DNA of 64,000 nucleotides from an uncultured Bacteroidales bacterium (lineage in GTDB: Bacteria > Bacteroidota > Bacteroidia > Bacteroidales > UBA932). A program made the position numbers and the translations under genes. Below, piece by piece: positions 16,564-25,403 of the stretch (position 1 is its first letter; the number at the start of each line of letters is the position of its first letter). The notes under the pieces are model-generated. The model was given only the letters and a program-made list of their open reading frames with translations, had not been told where the DNA came from and made no database searches. The stretch lies in assembly GCA_944322575.1 (NCBI GenBank), contig CALUPK010000003.1, positions 22,388-86,387 of the forward strand. The letters are read 5' to 3'.

Positions 16564-17868
16564 ATGGAACCCAGAAAAAGATTCATCCTCGAAGAGCGCG
16601 ATATCCCGCGCAGATGGTACAACATCGTGGCAGATATGCCGCAGAAGCCCAGGCCCGCTCTGGACCCCGTTACCCGTCAGCCTCTTACGCAGAAGGACCT
16701 CAGCCGGATATTTTCGGAAGAAGCTGCCAGGCAGGAGCTGAATACGGCGGACCGCTGGATTGAGATTCCCGAAGCAGTGCGGGACCAGTATCTTCTCTAC
16801 CGGTCTACGCCTCTGGTGAGGGCATACGGTCTGGAGAAGGCCCTGGATACGCCGGCGCATATCTATTTCAAGAACGAGAGTGTCAGCCCGGTAGGCTCGC
16901 ATAAGCTCAACTCGGCTCTGGCCCAGGCCTATTACTGCAAGCAGGAGGGACTTACGAACATTACTACCGAGACCGGGGCCGGACAATGGGGTACTGCCCT
17001 GGCATACGCGGCCAATGTATTCGGGCTGGAACTGGCCGTGTACATGGTCAGGCTGAGTTATGAGCAGAAGCCCTACCGCAGGTCGCTGATGCAGGTATGG
17101 GGTGCTCAGGTAGTGGCTTCTCCAAGTATGTCGACCAAGGCGGGAAGGAGAATTCTGACAGAGACGCCCAATCATCAGGGCAGTCTGGGTACTGCGATTT
17201 CGGAGGCGGTGGAGCTGGCGACGACTGTGCCGGGGTGCAAGTACACGCTGGGCAGTGTGCTCAACCATGTTACCCTGCATCAGACCGTAATCGGCCTCGA
17301 GGCGGAGAAGCAGATGGAGATGGCGGGGGAATGGCCGGATGTGGTGATAGGCTGTTTCGGCGGCGGGTCCAATTTCGGAGGGATATCCTATCCGTTCATG
17401 CGGCATTGTCTCGGTGGAGAACATGCGGGAACGAGGTTTGTGGCTGCGGAGCCTGAAGCCTGCCCGAAACTTACGAAAGGGCAGTTCATTTACGACTATG
17501 GGGACGAGGCCGGTTACACTCCTCTGTTGCCGATGTATTCCCTGGGCCATACCTTCACGCCCGCAGGTATCCATGCCGGAGGGCTCCGCTATCACGGGGC
17601 CGGGACCATCGCCAGCTGCCTTCTCGGGGAAGGAAGGATCGAGGCCGTGGATATCGGGCAGAAAGAGTCGTTCAGGGCCGGAGTCCTGTTCGCCCGCACC
17701 GAGGGCATCGTGCCGGCACCCGAATCCGCTCATGCAATAGCGGCGACTGTAAGGGAAGCCATCCGGGCTAAGGAGGAAGGCACTCCCAGGGCAATCCTGT
17801 TCTGCCTCTCAGGTCACGGGATGGTCGACATGGCGGCCTACGACAGGTACCTGACCGGGGATATGTAG
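16564..17868 (+). CDS. trpB: TrpB2-type tryptophan synthase beta-like PLP enzyme
   Basis: 434 aa from ATG 16564. Near full-length resemblance to archaeal/bacterial TrpB2 (PRRWYNI..D.P, GSHKLNSA, ETGAGQWGTA, SYEQKP.RR, GCFGGGSNFGG, GGLRYHG, VPAPESAHAI). Confidence 0.93.
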   Translation: MEPRKRFILEERDIPRRWYNIVADMPQKPRPALDPVTRQPLTQKDLSRIFSEEAARQELNTADRWIEIPEAVRDQYLLYRSTPLVRAYGLEKALDTPAHIYFKNESVSPVGSHKLNSALAQAYYCKQEGLTNITTETGAGQWGTALAYAANVFGLELAVYMVRLSYEQKPYRRSLMQVWGAQVVASPSMSTKAGRRILTETPNHQGSLGTAISEAVELATTVPGCKYTLGSVLNHVTLHQTVIGLEAEKQMEMAGEWPDVVIGCFGGGSNFGGISYPFMRHCLGGEHAGTRFVAAEPEACPKLTKGQFIYDYGDEAGYTPLLPMYSLGHTFTPAGIHAGGLRYHGAGTIASCLLGEGRIEAVDIGQKESFRAGVLFARTEGIVPAPESAHAIAATVREAIRAKEEGTPRAILFCLSGHGMVDMAAYDRYLTGDM

Positions 17869-17905
17869 CAAGACCCCTTTTGCAGTATCGGGAAGGTGCT
17901 GGCCG

Positions 17906-18970
17906 TCAATTTCTGTGGCGGAGTATCGTCAGGCAGGGTTCCTCGTCATCGGTGAGGCAGTAGTCGATGAGCTGGTCACCGTACTGCCACTTGGGGTAGA
18001 AGGCTTCCTCGGAGCCGGGGAAGGTGAGTGCCGAGCGGTAGATGGTGCCGTCGGTCTTGTCTATCAGGTAGAGCTGCTTCTGCTGGCCAGGCTCCATGAG
18101 GGTGACGTAGCGGAAGGCTGCATCCTCGGCGTAGTCGTAGACAAAGTAGATATCGTTCCAGATATCAGTGAATGAGGACAGGTCGCTCTGAGCGATTCCG
18201 TGCCGGAATGTGAAGCAGCACCTCGGTTCGAGGGACGGGACTTCCGGATGTACGGTGAATATGGTGTCTGTGCTCATCTGGTGGAAGATGATCTCTCCGT
18301 CCCCGTTCCGGAAGAGGGCCTTGTATTCCTGATATGCAGTGACATTGGCCTTGGGAGTGAGCCGGAACAGCAGATGGTTGGCGAACCTGCCGGTCTGACG
18401 GCCGCTGGTGTCCCGGATGCGGAGCCGGTCGGCCTCGTTGCCGAGCACTGTCTGTACGGACTCCAGTATGTATGGACCGTCGGCCAAGGTGTAGACCATC
18501 TGTGCCTGAGCCTCTGGCTCCCGGGTCCCGATGTATGTCCCGTCCAGTCCGTAAGTGAGGACGCCTTTCATTATATCATTGATACAGATGACGTTCCCGT
18601 CCGGAGCGAGATAGATGTCATTGACGTACAGGTATTCCCCCGGACCATTGCCCTTGACTCCGACATAACCTTCCAGTCTGCCGTCCATAGACAGCCTCAG
18701 CACCTTCATATCTGCCGTAAGCATGAAAATATTGTCCTCGGTCAATACTACGTCTACGGCATCCGAAATGAGCAGCCGTCCGCTTTCCTCAGCGCCCGTG
18801 AGAAGGATCCTCTCCACTTCGTACCCCTGTTCCCCGAGGTCTGCCATCGAGATTTCAGCGGATGCGGAGGCAAATTCGGACTCTGTGTAAGTAGGAATAT
18901 CCCCGGATGTTCCGGAGCAGGAGGCAGCAAATATCAGGGCTGCCGGCAGGAGGATGAGATTCTTTTTCAT
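17906..18970 (-). CDS. lipoprotein, 6-bladed beta-propeller family (paralogue of 15137-16315)
   Basis: Lipobox IFAASCS. GNGPGEYLY motif. Size and layout similar to the upstream paralogue. Confidence 0.68.
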   Translation of the reverse strand: MKKNLILLPAALIFAASCSGTSGDIPTYTESEFASASAEISMADLGEQGYEVERILLTGAEESGRLLISDAVDVVLTEDNIFMLTADMKVLRLSMDGRLEGYVGVKGNGPGEYLYVNDIYLAPDGNVICINDIMKGVLTYGLDGTYIGTREPEAQAQMVYTLADGPYILESVQTVLGNEADRLRIRDTSGRQTGRFANHLLFRLTPKANVTAYQEYKALFRNGDGEIIFHQMSTDTIFTVHPEVPSLEPRCCFTFRHGIAQSDLSSFTDIWNDIYFVYDYAEDAAFRYVTLMEPGQQKQLYLIDKTDGTIYRSALTFPGSEEAFYPKWQYGDQLIDYCLTDDEEPCLTILRHRN

Positions 18971-18988
18971 ACAATGCGGATTTTATAA

Positions 18989-18996
18989 CAAAAATA
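18989..18996 (-). promoter_or_regulatory. candidate -7 promoter box (TATTTTTG on minus strand)
   Basis: Exact TAnnTTTG match 19 nt upstream of the lipoprotein ATG at 18970. Confidence 0.35.
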
Positions 18997-19057
18997 CGAT
19001 AAAAAATATATCGCGAATATAAAGATTTTTTTTAGTTGTCAAAATCTTGACAGAATG

Positions 19058-21175
19058 TCACCGTTCATTGACGATCTCCTCGTAACTCTGGCTGCCGCTG
19101 ACCCTGCGCACACTGACTTTCCGGCCTCCCGAGAAGGACCAGAAGACGGACAGCGTGGCGGTCTGCGCGGGTGTCGTGTAGGCGTGGGTGATGATCCGGT
19201 CGCCGACCGTACGGTCTATCCGGCGGCGTTTCCCCGCGATGTTACCGGACAGGGCCACCCTGAGCCTGCCGTCTAAGAATGTCTTGTACAGCTGGAGATT
19301 GACCGTGTACACTGATTGGTAGGTGTACCCGAAGGTACGGAATGTCGGTTCGTAGACTGCGTTGATGACCGTTCCCCAGCCCTTGAAGCTGAGCTGGTTG
19401 AGGAGCATGTAGAACTGGTGTAGGTTCGTGCCCCTGTAGGTAATCCCGCCGATGGTGCTGTTTTCCACGTTGAAGGTGTATTCGGCGGAGAGTTTCATCC
19501 GCCACGGCTTGAGAGGGTTGAGGTTGAGCTCGGCGTTGAGGCCGTAGGAATTGCGATGGGGAAGATTGACAGGGGTCTCGTAAAAAATGTCGGGAGAGCC
19601 GGGGTCGGTGCGGTTGTCCCAGTAAATGGAGTTGCGGGAATGAGTGTAGGAGCCCTGCAGCGTCAGGATATCTCCGAAAAGGGAGAGGCCGAGCATGATG
19701 CGGTCGCGGGTAGGGGCGACCAGGTCCGGATTGCCGACGGAATAATGCCAGGGGTCGGTCCAGCGGACGGTAGTGGAAATGGCGTCATACGGGATGTTGT
19801 CGAGCTGATGCCTGTAGTTCAGTCTCAAGGAGAAACGTCCGCGGCTGTCTAACGGCATGCGGAACTGGACGGAGGGGTTGATGCCCCACTGGATGTTTCT
19901 GGAAGGGCTGCCGCTGCCGTCGAGAGGGGAGTACTCTATCCAGTTCATCTGGAGGTTCAGGCCGGCGCTGTACTGGATTCTCCACAATTTTCCGGAGATG
20001 GAGGCGTAGGCGAGCGGGGTTAAGGCCCTGGTCCGGGTAGGGAGGCTGCTGCTCAGGAATCCTTCTGACGCAGTTTCGGGAGCATACGTGGAGGTGATGT
20101 ACTGGGCCGAGGCTCCGTATTCCAGTTCCAATTTTTCTGACAAAGGGTCGGAAAAATCGGCTGCCAGTTTCAGCATGTTGTTCCGGCTCTCCTGCGCGGA
20201 CTGCTCCTGCTGCCGGGACGGTTCCTGTTCCGATGTATAGAGGTATTCGGTGGACAGGCTGCGGTTGAGCCAGTCGGCGGTGATGGTCATGGATGTGCCG
20301 CGGTCATTGAATACCGAGGAATATCTGAGAGTGGCCTCCTGAGTAAGGCGTCCGCTGTTGTTGAGCATGGAGGTGGAGACGGTGCCCTCGCGTGTGGCGG
20401 TTTCCGTGGAGGAGCGGCTCCATCCTGCATAGTAGCTGAACCCGATATTGTTCCTTCTGTTGATTTCCTGATTGATGCTGAGGCGGTCCTGGATTCCCCA
20501 GAACGGGGCAGAGGTTAGCTCGTCTTTCTCGGAAAGCAGCCCGCCGCCGGAGGTCAGGGTACTCTGCAGGCCGCGCTCCTTCATTGCTCCGCCGTTGACG
20601 GTGAGGCTGTTGTAGATGCTGGTTGCGCCGTAGCGGGCCTGGAAGAGCATACCGGCATTGCCCAGACCTCCGTAATTGGCATAGCCTCCTATGGCGGAGA
20701 CGCTGCCGGAGTAGCCGCCTTCCGGAATACGTTTCAGTGTGATTTCGATGGTTCCGCCGGTGATTGAGGCGTTCTGGTTGAGTCCTGCGAGGTAATTGAC
20801 CTTGACCTTGTCGATTCTGTCCGCCGGGATGTTGTCCAGCTCGTCGAAACTCGTGAGTTTCATTCCGTCCACGTAGATCTCGCTGACATCGATGCCGCTG
20901 ATTCTGTAGACGGAGCCCTGGCGGCTGACACCCGGCAGGAATACAAGGGCATCCGAAGTGGTTTTGCCCCTGACAATGTCGGAGGAGCGCAGGTTTACAG
21001 TGTAGCCGTCGGCCTGATGGCGGGTGCGGCGGGCGATGACGATGGCTTCTTCGAGGGTCAGGGTGTCCTTGAGGGTGGATTCGGAGGTGTCCTGGGAATA
21101 TGCCGGTACAGCGGATATGCATAGGAGGGGCAACAGGACTGAAGTTCTGAGAACGGTGAGTAAAATGGGTTTCAT
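19058..21175 (-). CDS. TonB-dependent-receptor-like outer membrane beta-barrel protein
   Basis: 705 aa. Signal peptide. Plug-like N-terminal region (DIVRGKTTSDALVFLPGV...VYVDG). Long Y/G/S/N-rich alternating barrel region ending in an aromatic-rich C-terminus. Confidence 0.8.
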   Translation of the reverse strand: MKPILLTVLRTSVLLPLLCISAVPAYSQDTSESTLKDTLTLEEAIVIARRTRHQADGYTVNLRSSDIVRGKTTSDALVFLPGVSRQGSVYRISGIDVSEIYVDGMKLTSFDELDNIPADRIDKVKVNYLAGLNQNASITGGTIEITLKRIPEGGYSGSVSAIGGYANYGGLGNAGMLFQARYGATSIYNSLTVNGGAMKERGLQSTLTSGGGLLSEKDELTSAPFWGIQDRLSINQEINRRNNIGFSYYAGWSRSSTETATREGTVSTSMLNNSGRLTQEATLRYSSVFNDRGTSMTITADWLNRSLSTEYLYTSEQEPSRQQEQSAQESRNNMLKLAADFSDPLSEKLELEYGASAQYITSTYAPETASEGFLSSSLPTRTRALTPLAYASISGKLWRIQYSAGLNLQMNWIEYSPLDGSGSPSRNIQWGINPSVQFRMPLDSRGRFSLRLNYRHQLDNIPYDAISTTVRWTDPWHYSVGNPDLVAPTRDRIMLGLSLFGDILTLQGSYTHSRNSIYWDNRTDPGSPDIFYETPVNLPHRNSYGLNAELNLNPLKPWRMKLSAEYTFNVENSTIGGITYRGTNLHQFYMLLNQLSFKGWGTVINAVYEPTFRTFGYTYQSVYTVNLQLYKTFLDGRLRVALSGNIAGKRRRIDRTVGDRIITHAYTTPAQTATLSVFWSFSGGRKVSVRRVSGSQSYEEIVNER

Positions 21176-21308
21176 GGTGATCGGTTTTTATCCCAAAAAT
21201 GGAGGGAATAAAGTTTAATCACAACATGAAAAGTTTAATTTTTTAGGATGCAAATCGTTGGTTATCAGGGTTGTGTTAAGGGAAAGTTTCATCTGCCCCG
21301 GCCGGTGG

Positions 21309-22082
21309 TCATTTGCTGTCCCTGTCGCAGTTTGCGAGCAGGCTGCGGATATAGATGCTGAGGTTCGTGTCGCTTTCCCGCAGGCCGAGCCTGGCCCGTA
21401 TCCGGCTGGCGGTGTTGTAGTGGCTGCGGCCTCCGTTGTTGAGCAGGAACGAGATGTCCTTGCCGTTGAGCCCCGCGGCGTAGAGGCAGCAGTATCCGGT
21501 CTCCTCATCGGTGAGGCCGTGGCTCTGAAGTACGGAGATAAACTCCGGGTGGGTTATGCGGTAGGAACTCAGTACGGCGGAGATGAGGCTGCGCTTGTCT
21601 CCGGCCATCTTTTTCAGGCGTGCGCAGTTCTCCTTGGAAATTCCGCTTTCCGGGTCTTTTTCGGAGAGCAGGCCTGTCAGCAGGGCGGTCATTTCCTCTA
21701 TCTTTTTCCGCTCCTGGTCTGATACTGGGGATGCGGTACTGTTTCCGTATTTTTTCCTCATGATGACAGTCGCCGCAGAGAGCAGCGCGGTGGCGAGTAC
21801 CGCCGCGGCAGTCCAGCCGATGACTCTCCTCGTCCGTACTTTCGGGTCGAGGGCTTTCCGGTATGCGGTCATGGCCTTCTTCTGCCGGACGACTTTCTCC
21901 TGCACTTCCTCTATCATGCGCCCGGTCTCCTCAATCCTGCGCCCGGCATCCTCTTTCCCGGCCTGCATCGTCTCCTCCAGCTTCAAGCAGGCAGTTGTGT
22001 CCTTGCTCTGTGCCGCGCAGATACTGGCGGAAATGCAGAACAGAATCGTCAGGCAGATTGTTGAGAATTTCGTCATCATCAT
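21309..22082 (-). CDS. membrane-anchored protein with a C-terminal LuxR/GerE-like HTH
   Basis: 257 aa. Signal-like N-terminus, charged coiled-coil segment, one hydrophobic helix (VIGWTAAAVLATALLSAATVIM). C-terminal segment LTDEETGYCCLYAAGLNGKDISFLL...TASRIRARLGL fits the LuxR-type HTH pattern. Confidence 0.5.
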   Translation of the reverse strand: MMMTKFSTICLTILFCISASICAAQSKDTTACLKLEETMQAGKEDAGRRIEETGRMIEEVQEKVVRQKKAMTAYRKALDPKVRTRRVIGWTAAAVLATALLSAATVIMRKKYGNSTASPVSDQERKKIEEMTALLTGLLSEKDPESGISKENCARLKKMAGDKRSLISAVLSSYRITHPEFISVLQSHGLTDEETGYCCLYAAGLNGKDISFLLNNGGRSHYNTASRIRARLGLRESDTNLSIYIRSLLANCDRDSK

Positions 22083-22143
22083 AAGTGAGTGAGTGCAAAA
22101 TTATGAAATTTTTCTATTCAGTCTGCTTATGCAGACGCTCTGC

Positions 22144-23196
22144 TCAGATGAAGAACAGCGACGCTCCCGTGACACTGATGACGGCTCCGATGACCTGTCT
22201 GGCGGTTACTTTCTCCTTGTAGATGAGCTTGGAAGGGAGGATGATGAGGATGGGGGTGAGGGCCATGATGGTGGAGGCGATGCCGGCTTCGGTGTAGTTG
22301 ACGGCGAGCAGGGAGAGGGAAACGCCGAGGAAGGGGCCGAAAAAGGTGCCGGTGGCGGCGGCGCCCATGGATTTTACGTCCTTGAAGGAGGCGAGCAGGC
22401 TCCGGCCCTTTTTCTGCAGGAACATGATGACTATGAAGCCGGCCAGGCCGGCGACGGCGCGTATCTGGGTGGAGGCGAAGGGGATGACGAGGTTGTCCAG
22501 GTCGGTGACGGGCGGGGCGGCCTCCATGTAGTGGTTCATGCCTATCTTGCTGAGTACCAGTCCGACGCCCTGGCCGATGCCGGCTCCGATGCCGAAGAGC
22601 ACGCCTTTCAGCGGTAGATTGAGGCCGATTCTGTGATGATGGTGCAGTCCGTGCGGTTTGCGGTAGTGTCCTAAGGCATGCCCGTGACGTCTTTTACTGC
22701 TGACGTGGTCTGCATGATATGTCTTGTCTGTTGTGTCCTCTTGGCCAGTATTTTCAGAGTCCGTCCTGCCGAGAATCGAGATGCCGATACCGGCTACACA
22801 GACCAGCATGCCGGCAATGGCTGTCAGCGACATCTTCTGTCCTAAAAAGAAGTAGCCGGCGATGGCGGCTGTAGGCGGGGCGAGGGTCATGAACAGCTGG
22901 CCGAGCCGGGAGCCGATGACCACATAGGAGTTGAATAGGCAGAAGTCTCCGAAGACGTATCCGACGAGGCCGGAGAGGGCGAGCCACAGCCAGGCGGCCC
23001 CTCCTGCATTGACGGGAAAGGGCGAGCCGGTGACGACAAGCAGGAAGATTCCGAGCATCACCATGGCCATGATCAGCCTGATGATGTTGAGAGACAGGGA
23101 GCCTACTTTCTTGCTGGCGTATTCGAAACTCAGTGCCGTGAGGGTCCAGGAGACGGCGACGATGAGTGAGATGATCTCTCCGAAATGCTGGCTCAT
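22144..23196 (-). CDS. DMT/EamA-family transporter with a His-rich central loop
   Basis: 350 aa. Two EamA-like hydrophobic halves are separated by a roughly 50-aa polar insert (HADHVSSKRRHGHALGHYRKPHGLHHHH). Confidence 0.8.
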   Translation of the reverse strand: MSQHFGEIISLIVAVSWTLTALSFEYASKKVGSLSLNIIRLIMAMVMLGIFLLVVTGSPFPVNAGGAAWLWLALSGLVGYVFGDFCLFNSYVVIGSRLGQLFMTLAPPTAAIAGYFFLGQKMSLTAIAGMLVCVAGIGISILGRTDSENTGQEDTTDKTYHADHVSSKRRHGHALGHYRKPHGLHHHHRIGLNLPLKGVLFGIGAGIGQGVGLVLSKIGMNHYMEAAPPVTDLDNLVIPFASTQIRAVAGLAGFIVIMFLQKKGRSLLASFKDVKSMGAAATGTFFGPFLGVSLSLLAVNYTEAGIASTIMALTPILIILPSKLIYKEKVTARQVIGAVISVTGASLFFI

Positions 23197-23199
23197 ATT

Positions 23200-23877
23200 C
23201 TAAAAAAACGACTTGACAATGTAGAACAGTACGGGTACGAGCAGGGCCGGCAGCATGTTGAGGGTCCTGCAGTCCTTGATGCCGAGGATGGAGAGTCCGG
23301 AGCTGGCGATGAGGACTCCGCCGACTATCGATATCTCGCACATCAGGCTGTCGGAGATGACGTCACCGGCCAGGGAGGTGACCAGGTATATCGACCCTTG
23401 GAAGAGAAAGAGCACCGGGGCTGCCAGGACCATGCCTATGCCGTAGGTGCTGGCTAAGACAGTGGATGTCACGAGGTCGAGCATGGCGTTGGTGAACAGA
23501 TAGGTATTATCCCCGTACAGGGCGCTCATCACCGACCCGACCATCGACAGGGTGCCGATGCAGTAGAGCAGGATGCCGGTGGAGAGGCCTTGGGCCAGCC
23601 GCGATTTCGAGTACCTGGAGACCAGTCCGTTGAACCGGTCCGAAATCTTCAGTACCGTACCTGTCAGCGAGCCTATGGCAAGACTGGCGATGAACAGGAC
23701 AGGGTATTCGCTCTTGGAAATGTTGGAGACGAAGGCGCCCGTCCCGAGGAGGAGGGCGGCCAGTCCCATCGCGTTGTACAGCGCGTCCCGGTATTCGGGC
23801 TTGATGGCCTTCCGGGCCAGGCTTCCGAGCAGGCTGCCGGCGATGATGCACGAGGTATTGACAATAGTTCCTAACAT
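23200..23877 (-). CDS. DUF554-family membrane protein
   Basis: 225 aa. MLGTIVNTSCIIAGSLLG... N-terminus and overall hydrophobic layout are typical of YdfK/YqgA-type DUF554 proteins. Confidence 0.78.
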   Translation of the reverse strand: MLGTIVNTSCIIAGSLLGSLARKAIKPEYRDALYNAMGLAALLLGTGAFVSNISKSEYPVLFIASLAIGSLTGTVLKISDRFNGLVSRYSKSRLAQGLSTGILLYCIGTLSMVGSVMSALYGDNTYLFTNAMLDLVTSTVLASTYGIGMVLAAPVLFLFQGSIYLVTSLAGDVISDSLMCEISIVGGVLIASSGLSILGIKDCRTLNMLPALLVPVLFYIVKSFF

Positions 23878-23949
23878 TTTTCCTAAATCCGTGCAAAATT
23901 AGGAAGGTGTCGGGTTTTTAGCAAGTTATTTTGACATGAAGTGTCAGGT

Positions 23950-24894
23950 TCAGTCCACGAGGCCTTTGCAGAAACTCAGAACATCCCCCCATACGGCCTC
24001 CTTGCCCTTCTCGTTGAGTATCTCGTGGCGCATGGAGGGGTAGAGGCGGGACCGCACGTCCGTGTATCCGGCCCGCTGCATGGTGCTGACGGCCTGGCGG
24101 AATTTCCTGGGGCTAAGCAGGCAGGGGTCGTCTTCGCCGGAGATGAAGAATACGGGCATGGAGGGGTTGCGGGGCCTCCATCCGGAGATGCTGTAGGCGT
24201 CCTGCATGATGGTGAAGAGGTTGAGGAAGCCGTGGGCCGTGAACTGGAAGTTGCACAGAGGGTCGGCGTCGTAGTTGCGTACGATCTCGGGGTCGGAGCA
24301 GACCCAGGCATTGGGTGAGCCTTCGTGCCGGAAGCGGCGGTTGAAGGAACCGAAGGCGAGGGTCTGGATGATCTTCGGGCGGCATTTCTCCCCGGCCCGC
24401 GCGGCATAGAGCCTGGCCACCAGTTTCCCGATGCCGGCTCCGCTGTTGCGGCTGGGACTGCCGCAGACGATCAGGCCCGAGATCATGTCGTCGTAACGTT
24501 TTACGAATGAGCGGACTGCCATCGAGCCCATGCTGTGCCCGAGCAGAATCAGCGGCAGGTCCGGATGCTCCGTCCGTACTCTCTCCGTGACAGCCTTGAT
24601 GTCGTCTATCATGGCCGTCCAGCCTCCCTCGTAGAAATACCCGAGGTCTTCGGAGCAGCGCACCGACTCCCCGTGTCCGCGGTGGTCGTGTATGATGCTG
24701 AAGAACCCGTTGGCCGCTAAGTATTCCATGAACGGGATGTACCTCTCCTTGTGCTCGCACATTCCGTGCACTATCTGAACGATGCCCTTGGGCGTGCCGG
24801 CGGCGGGTCCGCACAGCAGGATGCTGATCTCCAGTCCGTCGGACTCGGACACGATCTTCTCTTTCTTGATTATGGTCTGTGTTGTGTCTGTCAT
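23950..24894 (-). CDS. alpha/beta hydrolase (lysophospholipase / monoacylglycerol-lipase-like)
   Basis: 314 aa from ATG 24894 (MTDTTQTII). HG oxyanion motif (IVHGMCEH), nucleophile elbow GHSMGS, DHRGHG motif. The 375-aa track ORF adds an implausible N-terminus. Confidence 0.85.
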   Translation of the reverse strand: MTDTTQTIIKKEKIVSESDGLEISILLCGPAAGTPKGIVQIVHGMCEHKERYIPFMEYLAANGFFSIIHDHRGHGESVRCSEDLGYFYEGGWTAMIDDIKAVTERVRTEHPDLPLILLGHSMGSMAVRSFVKRYDDMISGLIVCGSPSRNSGAGIGKLVARLYAARAGEKCRPKIIQTLAFGSFNRRFRHEGSPNAWVCSDPEIVRNYDADPLCNFQFTAHGFLNLFTIMQDAYSISGWRPRNPSMPVFFISGEDDPCLLSPRKFRQAVSTMQRAGYTDVRSRLYPSMRHEILNEKGKEAVWGDVLSFCKGLVD

Positions 24895-25080
24895 GATACA
24901 GCAGGATATATCGAAAAGCATGCCACGATGTCCCGGTATTCTTGAGCCGGGCAGCTTCCGGAGGCAGACAGGTCCCGGAGGTGTGCCTTGTGCCGACCCA
25001 GATAAAGTGAATTTAATTTCGACGAGATTTTGTCGGGGAGTGAGTGACTTTGTTATCTTGTTGATTATCTGATACATGGC

Positions 25081-25136
25081 GTTTTGAAACTCTCCCCAAA
25101 AGAACTTTGAAACGGCTTATGGGAGAGTTTTAAAAT
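25081..25136. other. long hairpin (up to 16 bp including G:U pairs, 24-nt loop)
   Basis: GTTTTGAAACTCTCCC ... GGGAGAGTTTTAAAAT. The core 10 bp, AAACTCTCCC/GGGAGAGTTT, is perfect. Confidence 0.7.
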
Positions 25137-25265
25137 GTCAACCATCTGCATGTCAGTGATTTAACTAAATCGCCCTCTCCCCGATAAAATATCGTTGTGG
25201 TAAAATCAGAGAGAAAGTGAAAAGAAGTGGAGGAAAAAGGACGGAAGGAAAGGAAATGGGAAAGA

Positions 25266-25342
25266 GGAGAAAGGAGAAAGGAGAAAGGAGAAAGGAGAAA
25301 GGAGAAAGGAGAAAGGAGAAAGGAGAAAGGAGAAAGGAGAAA
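25266..25342. repeat. heptanucleotide microsatellite (GGAGAAA)x11
   Basis: Eleven perfect head-to-tail copies, counted base by base. They are embedded in a roughly 135-nt polypurine tract (about 25207-25345). Confidence 0.95.
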
Positions 25343-25378
25343 GGGTGGACTGGTATCGGAAATTTTCGTATATTTGCG

Positions 25379-25386
25379 GAATAGAG
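25379..25386 (+). promoter_or_regulatory. candidate -7 promoter box (TATATTTG) for gpsA
   Basis: Exact TAnnTTTG match 18 nt upstream of ATG 25404. The microsatellite ends 37 bp upstream of it. Confidence 0.4.
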
Positions 25387-25403
25387 TTTGCAAATTTTCA
25401 GGC

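Noticed and set aside
16546-17733. A 395-aa ORF antisense to trpB2. Similar long antisense or alternate-frame ORFs occur at 14127-14864, 18200-18988, 20304-21122, 24113-24814, 25506-26333, 39535-40590, 54730-55539, 55846-56688 and 61498-62565.
   Set aside because: These are shadow ORFs typical of GC-rich coding regions. In each case the partner frame carries unmistakable homology to a known protein family, and the shadow product is R/P/G/H-rich with no motifs.
24895-25077. A 61-codon N-terminal extension of the alpha/beta hydrolase.
   Set aside because: The extension has no hydrolase similarity and a low-quality sequence. The MTDTTQTII start at 24894 gives the normal distance to the HG motif.
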